IMG/VR virus record: IMGVR_UViG_3300032272_000025
Span: 1 to 46,957 of that record
Direction: 5' to 3' (one strand)
Length of the DNA: 46,957 bases
Source of the DNA: a virus
Lineage: Duplodnaviria; Caudoviricetes
Made by a program: the position numbers and the translations under genes. The notes beneath the pieces are model-generated. The model searched no databases, had not been told where the DNA came from, and saw nothing but the letters and a program-made list of their open reading frames with translations. Of this stretch, positions 44,150 through 46,957 are shown one piece after another (position 1 is the stretch's first letter; each line of letters begins with the position of its first letter).

Positions 44150-45819
44150 GATAATCCTTCCTCACGTATCAAATCTGCCAGCGCAGTTCCATCAGAGGTG
44201 CTAGTCTTGGACAATTTTTCCAGGTTGTCAACCTGTTGTGCTTCAGCTGCTGCCTGCTCAGCTGCCTGCTGTGCTTCAGCCTGAGCCTTCATCATCTGAT
44301 CAACCTCGTCATTGCTCTTCAGAATACCGGGGTCAGTGCCGACTGCATCAGCGTAACCATCGATAGCTTCACCGACATTAAACTTAGCAGCAGCCTCTGG
44401 CCAGATCTGTGACAGGTTGCCAATGAAACCAGCTACACGCTCAATGCTGCCTACGTTTACAAGCTGCTGCGCCTGTGCCAATACTGATACATATTCAACT
44501 CGCAGTTCCTGATCTGCCAGTGCTTCAGGTGGTGGAGGCAGTACACCACCACGTAGCAACATGTTGAACGTGCGCTCAATCAACGGGTCAAGAAGCTCAT
44601 TGTGCAGGCGCTCCAGCACTGGGCCGAGCATCAGAAGCTTCTCTTCATGTTTCTCAGCAACCTCAGTTGCAGTGATCTGACGACGATCAGTATTTGCAAG
44701 CATGAGGAACAGATCCTCATAGAATGCACGTTTGACCCGCATCTCTGCTTCACGGTTGATCTCCATGATTGCGCCAAGGTCAGGGCGGAAATCATAGATA
44801 GACTTGAGCCCGTTTGCAGTATCCTGCACCCAGATGATCTCATCAGCCTTGAGACTGGAGCCAACCTTGTTACGCAGCGCAGCTGGACCCTGCAGTGGTG
44901 GATTGACCACCTTATCAACTGCCTGATACTTGCGACGCTCACCAAGTTGCAGTGCCTTTGTGTCACCAATAGCAGTGATACCGGGGCAATCAGTAGCGTA
45001 CACGTCCTCACCTGTTACATCCCAGCGAGGGGTGAGGATAGGGAAATCATCGAAGCCACTCTTACGCAGTAGCTTGTTATTATCTGCCGCTTGGCGCCCG
45101 ACTTCGTAATATACAGATCTGAATGCTTTATCTTCAGCCAGTGGGCTCATTTGATCACGGTCGTCATTCGGCTCAGTGGCGTGCACGAGCTTCACCCATG
45201 CCTCGGTGTTGCCACTATCCCACTGCTTCTTCACGTGATTACTACACGCAGCGTACCCGAACATCTTGACGCACTGGCCCACAGTGTACTCGTATTCGCG
45301 ATAGAACGTGTCGACTTTATCCCTGCCATTCTGTGCCAACAGGTAGCTGCCGACGGTGTACGGCTTACCACGGATCACATCTTCAAAGTCTTCAAAGACT
45401 CCGAGTGCAGCTGTACCAAAGCAACCCAGCTCCATGTAAGTAGTATGCAGTGAGTTGTAGATGTTGGACTTGCTGAAGGTGGCATAGATGATCGTCTGAA
45501 CCTTGTGCATCCACTCAGCAACCTCTGGGTCATCCTTGAGTGCAGGATCTGATACACCGAGCCTGAACCAAGGTCGAGCAGGTGATGTGATACCGGCCAT
45601 CATGCCTGACGCCAGAGTGCGAAGACTTAGTCGACTGGTGTTGTTGATCTGCTTGGTGTTGCGCTTGTGACCTTTGTTGCGGTCAGACGTGAGGAACCTG
45701 CCACGGTGAGCCAGATGATAATCAGATAGCTCCTGCCATAGCGGGATGAATGATGATCTGTCTGACTTCAGCTGCTCAAGCCTCTTGTTGAAGTTCTTAA
45801 CTGTTGGTGTTGTTTTCAT
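44146..45819 (-). CDS. Portal (head-tail connector)
   Basis: LASGMMAGITSPARPWF, FGTA, PRW, TATEV...EEKL..LGPVLERL..ELL.PLIER; ATG 45819 with SD GGAG. Confidence 0.95.
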   Translation of the reverse strand: MKTTPTVKNFNKRLEQLKSDRSSFIPLWQELSDYHLAHRGRFLTSDRNKGHKRNTKQINNTSRLSLRTLASGMMAGITSPARPWFRLGVSDPALKDDPEVAEWMHKVQTIIYATFSKSNIYNSLHTTYMELGCFGTAALGVFEDFEDVIRGKPYTVGSYLLAQNGRDKVDTFYREYEYTVGQCVKMFGYAACSNHVKKQWDSGNTEAWVKLVHATEPNDDRDQMSPLAEDKAFRSVYYEVGRQAADNNKLLRKSGFDDFPILTPRWDVTGEDVYATDCPGITAIGDTKALQLGERRKYQAVDKVVNPPLQGPAALRNKVGSSLKADEIIWVQDTANGLKSIYDFRPDLGAIMEINREAEMRVKRAFYEDLFLMLANTDRRQITATEVAEKHEEKLLMLGPVLERLHNELLDPLIERTFNMLLRGGVLPPPPEALADQELRVEYVSVLAQAQQLVNVGSIERVAGFIGNLSQIWPEAAAKFNVGEAIDGYADAVGTDPGILKSNDEVDQMMKAQAEAQQAAEQAAAEAQQVDNLEKLSKTSTSDGTALADLIREEGLS

Positions 45820-45820
45820 A

Positions 45821-46396
45821 TCAGGCTCCGAACAACTTCTTACCGGCGCCAATGGTAGGTGCGATCCCTCGTGGGCCAGTTACTTTTGTTGCTGACACTC
45901 TGCGGCGCTTGGCTGCGCCAGTCGCTGCGCTGTAGCCCGGTCGCGTAGGTAGCTCTGCAGCTGGGATAGGTTTCTGTGGGACTACAGGCAGCTCGCCACG
46001 GCTGGTCGGCGTACCCTTGGGGTTGATTGACAGTGCTTTCGGCATGTCTCTGAATGTAGATGCTTTGACCAATCCGGCTGTACTGAGTGAGAGGACACTT
46101 GCGGCTGCATTCTTCAGTGCGTTGGCGGGGTTCTTTGCGAAGCTCGCTGGAATGGCTTTGACCTTGTTGGCTTTGGCAATGCCACCTGTACCAGCGGCCA
46201 CGCTAGTTGCTGCAATGTTAGCCGCAGCATTCAGTGGGTCTTTGGTGATGCTCTTGGCGGCACTTGCCGCTTTACTTGCAACACCTGTTGTTGCTTTAGT
46301 AGCTGCCTTCACTGGTGCCGTGATGAGCTTGGCAGGCTGCTTCACAATGTTCTTCGCGACGCTTGCCACATTAGTCGGTGAATAAAACTTAGCCAT
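45821..46396 (-). CDS. Ala/Lys-rich protein upstream of portal
   Basis: C-terminal T...TGPRG...KKLFGA typical of the pre-portal gene; SD AAGGAG. Confidence 0.7.
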   Translation of the reverse strand: MAKFYSPTNVASVAKNIVKQPAKLITAPVKAATKATTGVASKAASAAKSITKDPLNAAANIAATSVAAGTGGIAKANKVKAIPASFAKNPANALKNAAASVLSLSTAGLVKASTFRDMPKALSINPKGTPTSRGELPVVPQKPIPAAELPTRPGYSAATGAAKRRRVSATKVTGPRGIAPTIGAGKKLFGA

Positions 46397-46398
46397 TA

Positions 46399-46800
46399 TT
46401 ACAACTCCTTGATCCAGTAGATGGTTGTTTCATCTTCACTGGTTCGTTCGTATCCTGCGTGTTCATTGAACCTGATGCCCGACTCGTTTGTCTTCAGCGT
46501 GCTTGCAAATACCCAATCATACCCTTCATCACGCATCTTCTGCAGAAAGTCCATCCATGCTGCAAAGATCCTACGAACCAAGAATGTCTTGCCAAGCTCA
46601 CTCATCATCCAACCTGATACGCTGACTGTGTCGTCATCGACTTCTTGATAACCAATAACGACCAGGATCTGACCACGATACTCAATGCCACACCACTTCA
46701 GGTGCACAAGGTTATCAACCTCAGCCGGGTCATCAGTGGTTGCCATGATCTCATGAAGATCGATGTGATCCCACGGGTCATCAAGGTCAATCAGGTTCAC
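46399..46800 (-). CDS. GNAT-fold acetyltransferase-like protein
   Basis: TNESGIRFNEHAGYE matches the GNAT N...F....G[FY] motif; GTG start overlaps the terL stop. Confidence 0.7.
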   Translation of the reverse strand: MNLIDLDDPWDHIDLHEIMATTDDPAEVDNLVHLKWCGIEYRGQILVVIGYQEVDDDTVSVSGWMMSELGKTFLVRRIFAAWMDFLQKMRDEGYDWVFASTLKTNESGIRFNEHAGYERTSEDETTIYWIKEL

Positions 46801-46957
46801 ATGCCGTCCAGTGGATCATAGTCTCGTGATGTTGATTTATCACGCAATCCAATCGCTGAGTCGAGCTCACCTCGCGGATTATGCCTTGATGGAACTTGGA
46901 TAGCAAATGTCACTGCAAGTGCTGATACACGTGGTGGTGTGGTTGTGATGACCATTT
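46773..46957. repeat. Right copy of 185-bp end overlap
   Basis: Matches 1-185 with 3 mismatches. Confidence 0.95.

Noticed and set aside
26613-46648. Numerous + strand ORFs opposite the structural genes (e.g. 32785-33420)
   Set aside because: No SD or recognisable motifs; expected antisense shadows of long minus-strand genes.
46773-46957. Physical direct terminal repeat
   Set aside because: It cuts through the terL/GNAT coding junction and is imperfect; assembly overlap of a permuted genome is more likely.
1-46957. Lysogeny module, tRNA genes or stop-codon recoding
   Set aside because: No integrase, CI-like repressor or cloverleaf recognised; genes are full length and tightly packed under the standard code.

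Overview
The window is an apparently complete, circularly permuted dsDNA tailed phage genome (podovirus morphotype, about 46,772 bp unique plus a 185-bp imperfect end overlap). No integrase, tRNA, CRISPR array or reverse transcriptase was seen. Two transcription arms diverge from an AT-rich control region at 3500-4010. The + arm carries early hypotheticals, a primase-helicase, Cas4-like nuclease, SSB, family-B-like DNA polymerase, VRR-NUC, HNH-AP2, SNF2 helicase, and a T5 A1-like phosphoesterase/DUF1937/DUF5664 operon. The - arm runs terS, terL, GNAT, portal, scaffold, capsid, tail, ejection proteins, tail fibre and lysis, in a BPP-1/APSE-like layout. Most notable: (1) a 3152-aa ejection protein with a cassette of putative effector domains (SAM-lyase-like, two ART-like, SAM-methyltransferase, HhH glycosylase-like) delimited by a repeated V-[LYF]-[KN]-Q motif next to a zincin peptidase; (2) a TerL with a second, catalytically degenerate nuclease domain of a different terminase lineage, preceded by its own SD+ATG; (3) a shared [P/T]V[S/N]F-hydrophobic tail motif on several DNA-transaction proteins; (4) a polymerase lacking the conserved motif-B Asn; (5) structured intergenic elements and a promoter/operator set. 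All family assignments are motif recognition by eye; no database searches were run.
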